DNA from: Candidatus Bathyarchaeota archaeon
GTDB lineage: Archaea; Thermoproteota; Bathyarchaeia; Bathyarchaeales; Bathycorpusculaceae
Assembly (NCBI GenBank): GCA_963707955.1
Contig: OY970176.1
Coordinates: 576,001 to 640,000, forward strand
Length of the DNA: 64,000 nt
Reading direction: 5' to 3'
Below, piece after piece: positions 20,465-30,277 of the stretch. Both the position numbers and the translations under genes were made by a program. Each line of letters starts with the position of its first letter. Position 1 is the first letter of the stretch. The notes beneath the pieces are model-generated. The model worked only from the letters and a program-made list of their open reading frames with translations. It had not been told where the DNA came from and searched no databases.

Positions 20465-21594
20465 TTACTCAAGGACAAAGATGTTTCTCTTGCGGCCCAT
20501 GTCCTTAAGTATCTTGGGCCAAACGGTGACGCTTACCTCGCCAAGATGCGCTTTCTTGAGTATCACCATCTGTGTGCGCGATTGTCCGATGCCGCCTCCG
20601 ATGCTGAGTGGAATCTCATTCTTCATTATTGCCTGGTGGTACGGGTACTTGAGAAAGTCAGTCTGACCTGACATCTCTAGCTGTTTTTTAAGCGTTTCTG
20701 GGTTGACGCGTATGCCCATTGACGACAGTTCGTGGCGGCGCTTTGTCACAGGGTTCCAGACGAGTATGTCACCGTTGAGGCCGTGCATCGGTCTGCCGTC
20801 CTTTGACTTCGTTTCCGTGACCCAATCGTCGTAGTCTGCCGCCCTCATTTCGTGTGGGTAGCCGTCTTTGAGGGGCCATCCGATTCCGTAGATGAAGATC
20901 CCTGCGTACTCTTGCAGAATTCTTGTCTCCCGCTGCTTACGCGGTAGATTTGGGTACTTGTCAAGGATATCCTCAGCGTGGAGAAACGTGAGTTTGTCGG
21001 GGAGGTCTGGATACTTGTCCGTCTTCAGTTGGGGATAGAGTTTCTGGACGTGTTTCTCAGCGCCTTTGATGACTCTCCAGAGTTCTCAACTGTTTCGGTT
21101 AAGTACTTGAGGTTCCGCTCCTTCTCAGTTATCACTTTTTCCCAGTCCCACTGGTCCACGTATGCGCTGTGGTCGTGGTCGAGGAAGTAGTCCTTGCGCA
21201 CGGCGCGCATGTCGGTACACAATCCTTCTCCAGGCTTCATTCCGAACTCTTTCAGGGCCATTCGTTTCCACTTCGTAGCGGCTTGGACTATTTGAGCGTC
21301 AACCGGATGCTTATCATAATCGTTTGAAATGTGGAACTGGATCGGCGTACGCGAGCCATCGCGGTCTAAGAGGTCGTTGATGCCGCTTTCCACGTCCACG
21401 ATAAGAGGAACCTGAACCATTATCAGATTAAGCTCTTTGCACAGGTTTTCCTCAATGTAGGTCTTCACGGCAAAGATCGCTTTCTGCGTATCTTTCGGGT
21501 TCAAAATGGAGTGGTAGTCGTTTGGCAAAATCTTCTCCAACTCCTCGTAGGTGCCGATGCCTGGACCCGCTAAATCCGCTTTTTTGTCCGACAT
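20465..21594 (-). CDS. asnA: aspartate-ammonia ligase AsnA (one-base frameshift near 21083)
   Basis: KWKR, HSAYVDQWDWE, RAADYDDW, LNGDI, ELSSMGIRV, SIGGGIGQSR; frame restored by one A in GAG AA CTC. Confidence 0.9.
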
Positions 21595-21677
21595 GATAAT
21601 CACACACCGCACGGATATCTAAAACCGCAATATAAATTTTCAGTAAAAACGCCTGTTTATCTACTATTAACATCCAA

Positions 21678-21745
21678 TAATGATGGCGACTGAACGCTGA
21701 GGTGACATCTCAGTTGCGGCGAAGAGTCAAATCCCTTCACTGATG
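21678..21745 (+). ncRNA. candidate C/D-box-like small RNA
   Basis: AATGATGG...CTGA...CTGA with internal hairpin; TATA-like tttatcta upstream. Confidence 0.3.
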
Positions 21746-21762
21746 CCAACAATACTATCTTT

Positions 21763-21970
21763 AGCGCGCTAGCGTGTTCCTGAATTCTTTCGGGAAGTGG
21801 CTTGCGCTGCGCATTTTGCTCTTCAACCATATTTGGATCATATAGGATACCCGGGGGGGGAGGGCGTGAGAGCGAGAGAGCACCCAGCCGAACCTTGACG
21901 GTGACCATCGAAAAACGTCATGCCTTCCTCTTGGACGCAATCTAGGAATTCAGGAACAAGCATGCGCGCT
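21763..21970 (-). mobile_element. MITE-like inverted-repeat element, copy A
   Basis: AGCGCGCTAGCGTGTTCCTGAATTC...GAATTCAGGAACAAGCATGCGCGCT; homologous to 50573 and 55826. Confidence 0.8.
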
Positions 21971-22896
21971 CAAACTGTCTTTTTCATTTCTGCTATCGCA
22001 TCTTTTATGATGGTGGCAGATTTTTCAAAGTTCTTCTTCGCTTCCGAATCCAGCTTAAGCTCCAGAATTCTTTCAACCCCATTCTTTCCAAGGACGCATG
22101 GAACACCAATCGAAAGATCTGAAAACCCGTACTCGCCCTGCAAATAGGTGGAAACACTCATCACTCTGTTTCTGCCTCTCAAGACAGCATCGGCCATTAT
22201 CGCAATGACAGCGGCAGGGGCGTAAACTGTAGACCCTTTAAGCTTTATCACGTCTGAACCTGAGGCCCGGGTTAAGTTTACTACCTTTTCGACCTGGTCC
22301 TCGTCAAGCAAGGTTGTTATCGGTATTCCTGAAACGGAAGCGAAGTTCACGAGGGGGACCATAGAGTCCCCGTGCTCTCCGATCACCAAAGCGCGGATGT
22401 CTTCCCGTGAGACGCCCAGTTCCGATGCGATGTAGGACCTGAAACGGAGAGTGTCAAGGATGTTTCCCATTCCGAAAACGCGGTTTCTTCTGAACCCTGA
22501 CTCCTCGTGGGCAACGTAGGTCATCACGTCGACCGGATTAGTGACCATCATCAGCATGCAGTCAGGAGCATACTTGACAACCTCTTTCACCACCGATTTG
22601 ACTATCTTCGCGTTCTTGTTCAAGAGGTCAATCCGGCTCATTCCAGGCTGTCTCGCCAAACCAGCAGTTACGATCACGAGCTCTGAACCTTTCATTTCGC
22701 TGTAATCACTGGTGCCCTCAATCTTCCCATCAAACTCGATCGCGGGGGCCGCCTGCATCATATCCAAAGCCTCGCCCCGAGCCATGTTCTCTGCGATGTC
22801 TATCAGAACAACGTCACTAATTCTGCGGCCTAGAATGTTGAAGGCGGCAGAACTTCCCACTTTTCCAGCGCCTATTATCGTGATCATAGCATACAT
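21970..22896 (-). CDS. mdh: LDH-like malate dehydrogenase
   Basis: IIGAGKVG, TAGLARQPGMSRIDL, VTNPVD, LDTLR, GEHGD motifs. Confidence 0.93.
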   Translation of the reverse strand: MYAMITIIGAGKVGSSAAFNILGRRISDVVLIDIAENMARGEALDMMQAAPAIEFDGKIEGTSDYSEMKGSELVIVTAGLARQPGMSRIDLLNKNAKIVKSVVKEVVKYAPDCMLMMVTNPVDVMTYVAHEESGFRRNRVFGMGNILDTLRFRSYIASELGVSREDIRALVIGEHGDSMVPLVNFASVSGIPITTLLDEDQVEKVVNLTRASGSDVIKLKGSTVYAPAAVIAIMADAVLRGRNRVMSVSTYLQGEYGFSDLSIGVPCVLGKNGVERILELKLDSEAKKNFEKSATIIKDAIAEMKKTV

Positions 22897-23006
22897 GTGA
22901 CGAACTGGTTTTACATAAACCTAACTAGAAATGCCGCAGAACAGGACCAAGAAAGCTTAATTAATCAAAATATTTCTTTAGTCACTACGGCGCCTACGCC
23001 ATGATA

Positions 23007-23114
23007 GCCCTGGTAGTATAGTCCGGTCACATTGATGAAAACAGCATCAATGTCGGAGTAGTATATGCGGCTGTCGCCCGCAGGACCCGGGTCCAAATCC
23101 CGGCCAGGGCGCCA
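23007..23114 (+). tRNA. tRNA-Asp(GTC) with 30-nt non-canonical D-loop intron (23029-23058); CCA encoded
   Basis: GCCCTGG/CCAGGGC acceptor, TGCGG-CT-GTC-GC-CCGCA; BHB CCGG-TC^A...TCGG-AG^T. Confidence 0.9.
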
Positions 23115-23117
23115 CTT

Positions 23118-23699
23118 CTACAGGAGACTTCCTCTGTAATGAATTGAGGTTGGGCATCCGAGGCATCTGTTGTTTGTGTAGAGAGTGCAGCTGCTGCAGT
23201 CGGTTTCGGTTTCGCATGGGATAGTCTTCTTTTTTTCCAGAATAGGTCTTAATGGAACGATGAAGGTTCTGATAGGTGTCACGATGAGATTGAACTCCAT
23301 GTCTTTTATGAGAGGGTCATTTCTCATGTGAGAGTCTACGCATGACATTATAGACCTCATGTTCTCTCCGACTAAAAGCACCGTTAGGTTATACTTTCCA
23401 GAAGTCAAGAAACTGTTCAGATAGAGAGGACACTTGTCGAGGAAGCTTATGACATCCTCGGTGCCGGTTGTAACGATGTCCATTTTGGCAAGAAAGAGCT
23501 GACTCTTCTTGATGTCCGTTCCAACCGAATAGGCCAGCACACCCATTTCTTTAAGCTTGTGCAGTCTTGCGCTGATTGCAGGCTGCGAGATTTTCAACCC
23601 TTCTGACAGTTCAACCTGGGAAAGCTCAGGGTTTTCTGACAACGATCGCAGAATCTTTTTGTCGATTTCATCGATTCCTTTCAACAAGAGGATTCTCAC
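23118..23699 (-). CDS. Lrp/AsnC-family regulator with C-terminal Cys cluster
   Basis: IDEIDKKIL HTH, TSGKYNL RAM-like region, PCETETDCSSC...CLGCP tail. Confidence 0.85.
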   Translation of the reverse strand: MRILLLKGIDEIDKKILRSLSENPELSQVELSEGLKISQPAISARLHKLKEMGVLAYSVGTDIKKSQLFLAKMDIVTTGTEDVISFLDKCPLYLNSFLTSGKYNLTVLLVGENMRSIMSCVDSHMRNDPLIKDMEFNLIVTPIRTFIVPLRPILEKKKTIPCETETDCSSCTLYTNNRCLGCPTSIHYRGSLL

Positions 23700-23854
23700 C
23701 CTGCGGAGACAATTCGCTTATTATGACTTCTGCTTTTATAATGCGTTCATTGTAGTTAATAAGTAAATTGCCATAGATACTTCTCAGTGATAACAAAAAC
23801 GCTTATGAGCACCCAAGTAGCACGTGTACATAGAGGACTTCTGGAGGTTAGACA

Positions 23855-24226
23855 ATGCCCGAAGTTGAATCATGGGAGAGCAAATGCTGTCGATGTGAAG
23901 GCGAACCTAAAGTCGATCTGTATCCTGGAAAGAGAGCATGTCACGTAGCCTGCGGTTCTTGTCTCTACCCAGCAGATTGGTCTCGATGTCAATCATGCGA
24001 ACTCGTGACCCATTGCATGTACGCTGTGGAATATCTTAGGAACATGAAAATGAAAAGCTCCGAGAAAGGATGCCTATTCAAGGACCAGCTGAACGGAGAA
24101 GAGAGCTTATACCACGCATTGAACTTCGTCAATGCACAACAACAGCTTCTAAACACGCATGGTGAAAAGCGATACATAAAAGAACTGAGAGAAGAAAACG
24201 CTGGAAGCAGATGCTTGAAAAAGTAG
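23855..24226 (+). CDS. Cys-rich hypothetical protein
   Basis: GGAGG RBS; about 11 Cys, mostly N-terminal. Confidence 0.6.
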   Translation: MPEVESWESKCCRCEGEPKVDLYPGKRACHVACGSCLYPADWSRCQSCELVTHCMYAVEYLRNMKMKSSEKGCLFKDQLNGEESLYHALNFVNAQQQLLNTHGEKRYIKELREENAGSRCLKK

Positions 24227-24305
24227 CCTAATCTCATATGCTAATGAAATAGAAGTCGTAACTACACGCAGAAAATACGAGAGCTAAGTGATTTTTGGCA
24301 ATCGG

Positions 24306-24590
24306 CTAATCGTTCTTGCCGTCCTTTCTTTCCTGTTCGCCGACTAATTGCTTGAGCTTCTTCTCCATCTTCAGCTCGTATTCGTGTTCCTTCACAGGTG
24401 GAGGAAGGCTCTTGCTCTTGAAAAGCTGGTTTGGAGGAACGATTCGTTTCTCTCCTGTCCTGACCTTGGTCTTTTTGCCGTAAACTTCGTCTTCAAAAGG
24501 CTCCAGGGCCTCCACGACCCAGTTGCCACGACTTTCCGATAACACAGCGACCTTGTGCTTTCCCTTGTAGTAGCGAACTTCTCTGCGCAT
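24306..24590 (-). CDS. hypothetical protein
   Basis: 94-aa ORF with GAGG RBS and TATA upstream. Confidence 0.7.
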   Translation of the reverse strand: MRREVRYYKGKHKVAVLSESRGNWVVEALEPFEDEVYGKKTKVRTGEKRIVPPNQLFKSKSLPPPVKEHEYELKMEKKLKQLVGEQERKDGKND

Positions 24591-24708
24591 GGCCTCTCAC
24601 GCTAAAATTTCTGACGCGATTGGATCTTATAAAACGCACGTTCTATAATAGCCTGCAGGCCCAGAAAACATATGAACACCTTTAGACCATCTTCTGGATC
24701 GAAAAGGG

Positions 24709-26064
24709 TTGACGCTTTCTCAAGTACGGAATGAAAAAAAGTATTCGGACACTTGGCTACACGATGTTCTCAAAAGCACCGGTGTAGGCCAGGATGAGAT
24801 TCCAACGATCACTGCCAAATCCTCGCGAAGTGGTTTGTGCGTCGTCTGCAAGGGTTCAAGACTCTTGTGCGGCAAGACACGATGCCCGATAATTGTGAAG
24901 GTCAACTATTACCTGAGAAGTGTGCCTTTGATGAGCAGCGAATACATCGCAGGCGCTTCACCGCCAAGCGTCTTCATCGGCAGAATGGGCTATCCAAACG
25001 TTTATGCAGGACCACTGGTCCCGCCCGTGCAAGACGACACGAGTATGTACGACCTGCCGGAACTCTGGTTTGGAAAATCAATAGACGAAATCGTGGCTTT
25101 CCGATCGATGCTCATTCGAGGCAAACAGAGAGTGCACGTTCAGAAGTTCAACGAAGCAGGAAAAATAATTCAGAAAACCCGCGAACTGGCCCTAGCTATT
25201 AAGCCAGTGGATGTTGAATTGTTCTTGACCAAGAAGCCTCATGGTTCCATATTCTTGAGCGACGAAGTCCAACCTTTTGGGCCCTCGGCTCCTATCAGAG
25301 ACCTGAACGTTGGCAATACAAGATGGGACCAGCATGTGGAAAAAGCGTACTCAGACACCGACCTCAAGGCTGTCCAAGCAGTGCTTGAACTCTATGGCAA
25401 GGGGGTGTTCGAAACGAAAATCCAGAGGGCCTTCAGCGTCGGAGCCTTCGGCATTGAGAAGAACCGGCGATTCGTGCCAACACGCTGGAGCATAACGGCT
25501 GTGGACGACATTATTTCGAAAAACCTCATGAGCCAAGTCAGAGAATTTCCTGAGATCAACGAGTACCGCGTTTATGAATCTCACTACCTTGACAACGTCT
25601 TCGAAGTCCTCATGATACCGCGGGAATGGTGTTATGAAGCGATCGAAGCGTGGTACCCTGGCACCGTTTGGAACCCAGATGGTGAACAGGTTGTGATGTT
25701 CGGTGATTGGGAAGGCCACGATGGTAGAACCTCCTATGCAGAGATAGGCGGATGTTACTACGCCGCACGCTTGGCGGTCTGCGAGCTGCTGGTGAAGGAA
25801 AGAAGGCAAGCGATGGTTATCGTTCTGCGGGAAACTCACCCTGGCTACATCATGCCAGTGGGAGTATGGCAGGTCAGAGAAAACGTGAGACATGCCATGG
25901 GCCAAAAGCCGTTAACCTACAACACGTTAAACGAGGCACTAGAAACGATTGCAAGCAGGTTTAAGATCCCTCTTCAGAGCTGGATAAAACAGAGCCAACT
26001 CATTCGCAACGCCTTGTTCCAAAAACGAATAACAGACTTTCTACGCAAACCCAAGCCTGGCTGA
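24709..26064 (+). CDS. nreA: Nre family DNA repair protein (DUF650/651)
   Basis: LCVVCKGSRLLCGKTRCP, SPPSVFIG, VPTRWSITAVD, GGCYYA, PVGVWQVRE; C-terminal PIP box QKRITDF. Confidence 0.92.
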   Translation: MTLSQVRNEKKYSDTWLHDVLKSTGVGQDEIPTITAKSSRSGLCVVCKGSRLLCGKTRCPIIVKVNYYLRSVPLMSSEYIAGASPPSVFIGRMGYPNVYAGPLVPPVQDDTSMYDLPELWFGKSIDEIVAFRSMLIRGKQRVHVQKFNEAGKIIQKTRELALAIKPVDVELFLTKKPHGSIFLSDEVQPFGPSAPIRDLNVGNTRWDQHVEKAYSDTDLKAVQAVLELYGKGVFETKIQRAFSVGAFGIEKNRRFVPTRWSITAVDDIISKNLMSQVREFPEINEYRVYESHYLDNVFEVLMIPREWCYEAIEAWYPGTVWNPDGEQVVMFGDWEGHDGRTSYAEIGGCYYAARLAVCELLVKERRQAMVIVLRETHPGYIMPVGVWQVRENVRHAMGQKPLTYNTLNEALETIASRFKIPLQSWIKQSQLIRNALFQKRITDFLRKPKPG

Positions 26065-26135
26065 CAAGGAAGACGGCGTACTTTTCTCGGCTGAAGCCTG
26101 TTCCAGCTAGCCTGCTGAGCTTCCTGTTTCATCCT

Positions 26136-26561
26136 CTAACTCTGTCTAACTCTGCCAAGGGCCCAGGTTGACACGGCCTTCCTGATCTCTTCTTCGTCCA
26201 TAAACTTTGACCCGCTCGCAACTTTTTCCGCCCTAGTCTGTTTGTTGTAATCTTCAACTCGCTTGTTCGTTGCGGTGACTAGCCTCTCAAGCCAGTGAAG
26301 TTTCTCCTCCACCCTGTCACGAGTGGTCACGAGCTTTATTGCTCTTCCCACAACTAGCACTTTCCTGTCCCAAAAGTCTAAGCTAGACCACAACTCTTGG
26401 TCAAACAATGTGTGCCAAACGTAGGAAGGATCGGAATCCAATGGCAAAGTTATGATGTAGGCTGTTGGATGGAACGGGTCCTTCTGTATGTCAACGTGCG
26501 TCGGGTCGACAGGATGTTTGATATTTACTTTTTCTGCTATTTCCGCCAACTCTGACCCCAC
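26136..26561 (-). CDS. hypothetical protein
   Basis: 141-aa ORF with TATA-like sequence upstream. Confidence 0.65.
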   Translation of the reverse strand: MGSELAEIAEKVNIKHPVDPTHVDIQKDPFHPTAYIITLPLDSDPSYVWHTLFDQELWSSLDFWDRKVLVVGRAIKLVTTRDRVEEKLHWLERLVTATNKRVEDYNKQTRAEKVASGSKFMDEEEIRKAVSTWALGRVRQS

Positions 26562-26709
26562 GTTAGACTAAGCTAGTCTCAAAAAGTTAAAGCTTGCGTC
26601 CTGATAAGAAGATGGATCCACGAAAATACTTTCGAAAGCAATTCCTGATTTCAGAAAACACGTGATTCCGAGTTTCTCGTATCTTCACAACGGTCTGAAG
26701 TTGATACTG

Positions 26710-27261
26710 CTAATGGTGAAGCTCCGACATTTTTCTGTACCTGTCCATAGAAGAAGTCACTATTGCATATGCGTCTTTGACGTTCTTCCATTCTTTGAAC
26801 TTTACCCATTTGATCGGCTCTAGCCTCTTGTATGTTTCAAAGAACTCTTGAATCTCTCTGAGTCTTTGCGGATGCACGTCTGAAATGTCGCGGTAACCGT
26901 CGAATCTTGCGTCGTTAACGGGGACAGAGAGAATCTTTGCGTCCTCCCCTTTTTCGTCTTCAACGATCAATGCTCCTATCGTTCTCACCTTGACTACGCA
27001 GCCAACCTCAAGCGATTCATAGCTGAGAACCATTATGTCGAGCGGGTCATCATCCTCAGCCCAAGTCTGCGGTACAAAACCGTACTCCACTGGAAAAACC
27101 ACTGATGAAGGTATTACCCTGTCCAAAACGAACGCCTCCCACTCAGAGCGGAACTCGTACTTGTCTCTTGACCCGCTCGCAACTTCAATCACGACATTTA
27201 AAAGCGTCGGAGGCTTGTCACCTGGCGGAATATCCTTCCAGACATTCATTACGATCAGCAC
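26710..27261 (-). CDS. ppa: inorganic pyrophosphatase
   Basis: YGFVPQT..DDDPLD, DEKGEDAK, FFETYK motifs. Confidence 0.95.
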   Translation of the reverse strand: MLIVMNVWKDIPPGDKPPTLLNVVIEVASGSRDKYEFRSEWEAFVLDRVIPSSVVFPVEYGFVPQTWAEDDDPLDIMVLSYESLEVGCVVKVRTIGALIVEDEKGEDAKILSVPVNDARFDGYRDISDVHPQRLREIQEFFETYKRLEPIKWVKFKEWKNVKDAYAIVTSSMDRYRKMSELHH

Positions 27262-27428
27262 TTATGACAAAAAGTCACACCGACTAATCTGTTTTTCCCG
27301 AGAACGCGCTACACTGATTGAAAAGTTGACCTTTTTCTCATTTCTGCTTTGACAAAATCGACTTCACTCACGATGAATCCAATGGCCAAGAAGAGGGAAG
27401 GGAAGTATCGTAGAAGACTGTTGCTAAT

Positions 27429-28253
27429 TTAGGTTTCCTTGAAAAACTCGGCCAACTTCTTTGTCTCAGCTCGGGAAAGTACCTCGGCGCATTTTCTTGG
27501 ATCCAAGTGCCTAAACTCCAGGCCAAGAGTCGTGAGGATCCTTTGAACGTCTTTTGCGATGCTTGGTGCTACGAGTATTCCTCGCACGGCACGGTCTGCC
27601 CTCGTTCTTATCGCTTCAATGTATCTTGCAAGTTGTACAGCTGCGGCTTTCCCAGCTGTTTTGCGCTTGATTTCCACGACAACAAGCTTTCCGTCCTTGT
27701 CCATGCCATAAACATCCACGAAGCCTGGTTCAACCTTCTTTTCATATGTTATAGGTCTGAAGCCTTCCTCTAGCAGGTCAGGTCTGAGCAAAATGGCCTT
27801 TTGCATGTCCTCTTCACTTGCGTAGAGCGAAAACTCTCCCGAATCGGCCAAAGCAAGCGAGGCAACGAGCTGAATCGCGTCAAAGAAGACCATAACTGTC
27901 TCAACAGGTTTCTGCCTCAAGGCACGAATCTCCAAGATCTTGCCCTTGACGTGTACGTTGAAGACCACATCCCCACCAGGCATCCAGTTAACCGGTTCAT
28001 AACCTGCCGAACGATGAACAAGAAGCGAACCGTCTGCCTTCACGATCAGGATGCGTTCTCCCGGGCCGAGCTTAGACTTTGCCCTACCAAGATAGTGCAC
28101 CCAGCATCTGCCGATGACAAGCAGGGTGTTGTTACGTGACACGGCCTCCTTGACTAAGTTTTCGGCCTCTTCAACGCTGGGATCAACCAGCACCGTCGGA
28201 AGCTTTGAACCTGGCATTTTATCCTCGCCAATAGCTTTAGAAGACATGTGCAC
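27429..28253 (-). CDS. nucS: endonuclease NucS/EndoMS
   Basis: KADGSLLVH, PVNW, VDVYG..VVVEIKR, QLARY; PIP-like KKLAEFF. Confidence 0.93.
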   Translation of the reverse strand: MHMSSKAIGEDKMPGSKLPTVLVDPSVEEAENLVKEAVSRNNTLLVIGRCWVHYLGRAKSKLGPGERILIVKADGSLLVHRSAGYEPVNWMPGGDVVFNVHVKGKILEIRALRQKPVETVMVFFDAIQLVASLALADSGEFSLYASEEDMQKAILLRPDLLEEGFRPITYEKKVEPGFVDVYGMDKDGKLVVVEIKRKTAGKAAAVQLARYIEAIRTRADRAVRGILVAPSIAKDVQRILTTLGLEFRHLDPRKCAEVLSRAETKKLAEFFKET

Positions 28254-28277
28254 TCATAAAATTTCTGAAGGCCTTGA

Positions 28278-28874
28278 ATGAGCGGTTGGCAGAAGAAACG
28301 TAGAGTCATGATTTGCTACGATACGACGGCAAGCATTTACGACAGGCGCTACGCTGGGGAGCAAGCAGCTAAGGTTGAAGCCGCATTGAAAAACGTGAGA
28401 ATCGAAAAAGAAGGGCTGATTTTGGACGTTGGCTGTGGAACCGGCATCCTCTTTGACCATGTCGCTGATAAGGCAGATGGGATTGTCGGCCTTGACTTTT
28501 CCAAGAAATGTCTTTTCCAAGCGAAGGAGCGTATACGCAATAAGAGCCTGCAAGACGTGCAGCTGATCCAAGCAGATGCAGACAACATGCCCTTTCACAA
28601 CGAAGTCTTCAACACGGTTTTTGCCATGACAATCCTGCAAAACACGCCTAGCCCCACCGAGACATTGGCGGAAATCAAACGCATCTCAAGAAATGACGTC
28701 CTTTTTGTGGTTTCTGGTTTAAAGAAAATCTTCACCAAGGAGAGTTTTGAATGGCTGTTGAAAAATTCTCAGTTACGCACTTTCATGCTTGATGATGATA
28801 AACTGAAGTGCTACGTTGCTGTTTGCACCAATCAGCCCATCGTTGGCCTTTCTGCGAACCAAAAAAAGATTTGA
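28278..28874 (+). CDS. class I SAM-dependent methyltransferase
   Basis: ILDVGCGTG, VGLDFS, ADADNMPF motifs. Confidence 0.88.
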   Translation: MSGWQKKRRVMICYDTTASIYDRRYAGEQAAKVEAALKNVRIEKEGLILDVGCGTGILFDHVADKADGIVGLDFSKKCLFQAKERIRNKSLQDVQLIQADADNMPFHNEVFNTVFAMTILQNTPSPTETLAEIKRISRNDVLFVVSGLKKIFTKESFEWLLKNSQLRTFMLDDDKLKCYVAVCTNQPIVGLSANQKKI

Positions 28875-29072
28875 AAGGTCGCAGTGAGGGGGCGCTAATG
28901 AATTAGAATTGTAAGTTTTTCCAAAGAAGGGGTAATTGTGCTGGAGAAGTGGAGACTTCCACGAACAGGGCAAATAGCTTTTTTTGATTACTGTGAAAAT
29001 GAGCGTGGCGACATGATCGAGCTCATATGTCTTATATAGTCACTAATCAGTGTTTTAGAACAAGGCGCCTTC

Positions 29073-30188
29073 ATGAGGATCCGTGAGGCCATTACAAGAC
29101 ACAGATCGTTGGTGGAGATATGCAGCTTCTTCACTTCCACAAGGTTGCTAGTTCTTCTCATTGGCTGGCTGTCAAGTCTCGTAATTCTAAAATCAGAATA
29201 TTACGGCAATCCTCAATCCATAGTTGACCTGTTTGTCAGATGGGACTCAGGATGGTTTCTCTCAATAATCCAAAATGGCTACTCTTATGTGCCAGGAAAA
29301 CCGTCAAACGTGGCGTTCTTCCCTCTTTATCCCTCGCTCGTGAAGATTTTTTCATTTGGCTTTGCAGATGTAAGGATAACAGGAATCGTTCTGTCTAATG
29401 TTGCTCTACTCTTAGCGATGATCTACTTGTTCAGACTAGTCAAACTAGACTACCAAAATACGAAGATACCTTTGAATTCAGTTATCTTTGCCCTGATATT
29501 TCCGGCTTCTTTCTTCTTTTCGATATTTTACTCTGAAAGTCTTTTCCTTTTTCTAACCGTTGCGTGCTTCTACTATGCCAGAAAAAATCGTTGGTTCCTT
29601 TCATCACTGTTCGGATTTTTTGCTGCGTTAACGAGAGCGTTAGGGGTTTTCATATTCATACCCATCTTGATCGAATACTTGGCCCCAACTTCTATCAAGG
29701 ACCTCAAATTCAGCAAGATCAAGAAAGATATACTTTGCTTGCTGTTGATTCCCGCGGGCTTGCTCACCTACATGACCTACCTGTACATCAGATTTAATGA
29801 ACCTCTGGCGTTTCTGAAAGCAGAAACCGAATGGAGCAGAGGATTTGCACCAGGAATTTTGACATTAAAAAGCCTTCTTTCTTACGATCCCTTTTACAAA
29901 TTCACCTTTCTGGGTTTTGTGGTATTGTCAATTTTGATGCTAGCCTACCTGATCTATTCCAAGGTTAGAATAAGCTACATAGTGTACACTGCTGTCCAAT
30001 TGTTCCTCATCCTTTCTTCGAGTCTACTGGAGAGTCTGCCAAGGTACGTCAGCGTTTTGTTTCCAATATACATCGGTTTTGCCATAATGGCGAGAAACAG
30101 ATTCTGGGAAGACACTCTCAAATTCTTCTCCGTCTGTCTGTTGACGCTGTTTGTGATCTTGTTTGTGAACGGTTACTGGTTCACTTGA
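29073..30188 (+). CDS. GT-C mannosyltransferase (PIG-V-like)
   Basis: RWDSGWF, AFFPLYP, YSESLF motifs; polytopic. Confidence 0.85.
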   Translation: MRIREAITRHRSLVEICSFFTSTRLLVLLIGWLSSLVILKSEYYGNPQSIVDLFVRWDSGWFLSIIQNGYSYVPGKPSNVAFFPLYPSLVKIFSFGFADVRITGIVLSNVALLLAMIYLFRLVKLDYQNTKIPLNSVIFALIFPASFFFSIFYSESLFLFLTVACFYYARKNRWFLSSLFGFFAALTRALGVFIFIPILIEYLAPTSIKDLKFSKIKKDILCLLLIPAGLLTYMTYLYIRFNEPLAFLKAETEWSRGFAPGILTLKSLLSYDPFYKFTFLGFVVLSILMLAYLIYSKVRISYIVYTAVQLFLILSSSLLESLPRYVSVLFPIYIGFAIMARNRFWEDTLKFFSVCLLTLFVILFVNGYWFT

Positions 30189-30277
30189 ACACGCTACCTC
30201 CACTTCAGACTTGTATAAACGTCTCAGTACTTTGCAGAGAAGCAGGGGTTTATTGGTTTTTCTAAGGTCTTTGCTTC

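Noticed and set aside
21670-21750. Fluoride riboswitch
   Set aside because: Lacks the GGCGATG...CGCC stem arrangement and has no downstream sense gene
21657-21908. Short ORFs sharing GILYDPNM.EEQN (also 55833-56087)
   Set aside because: They are read-outs of the repeat element; copy B has a TAG in this region and starts differ
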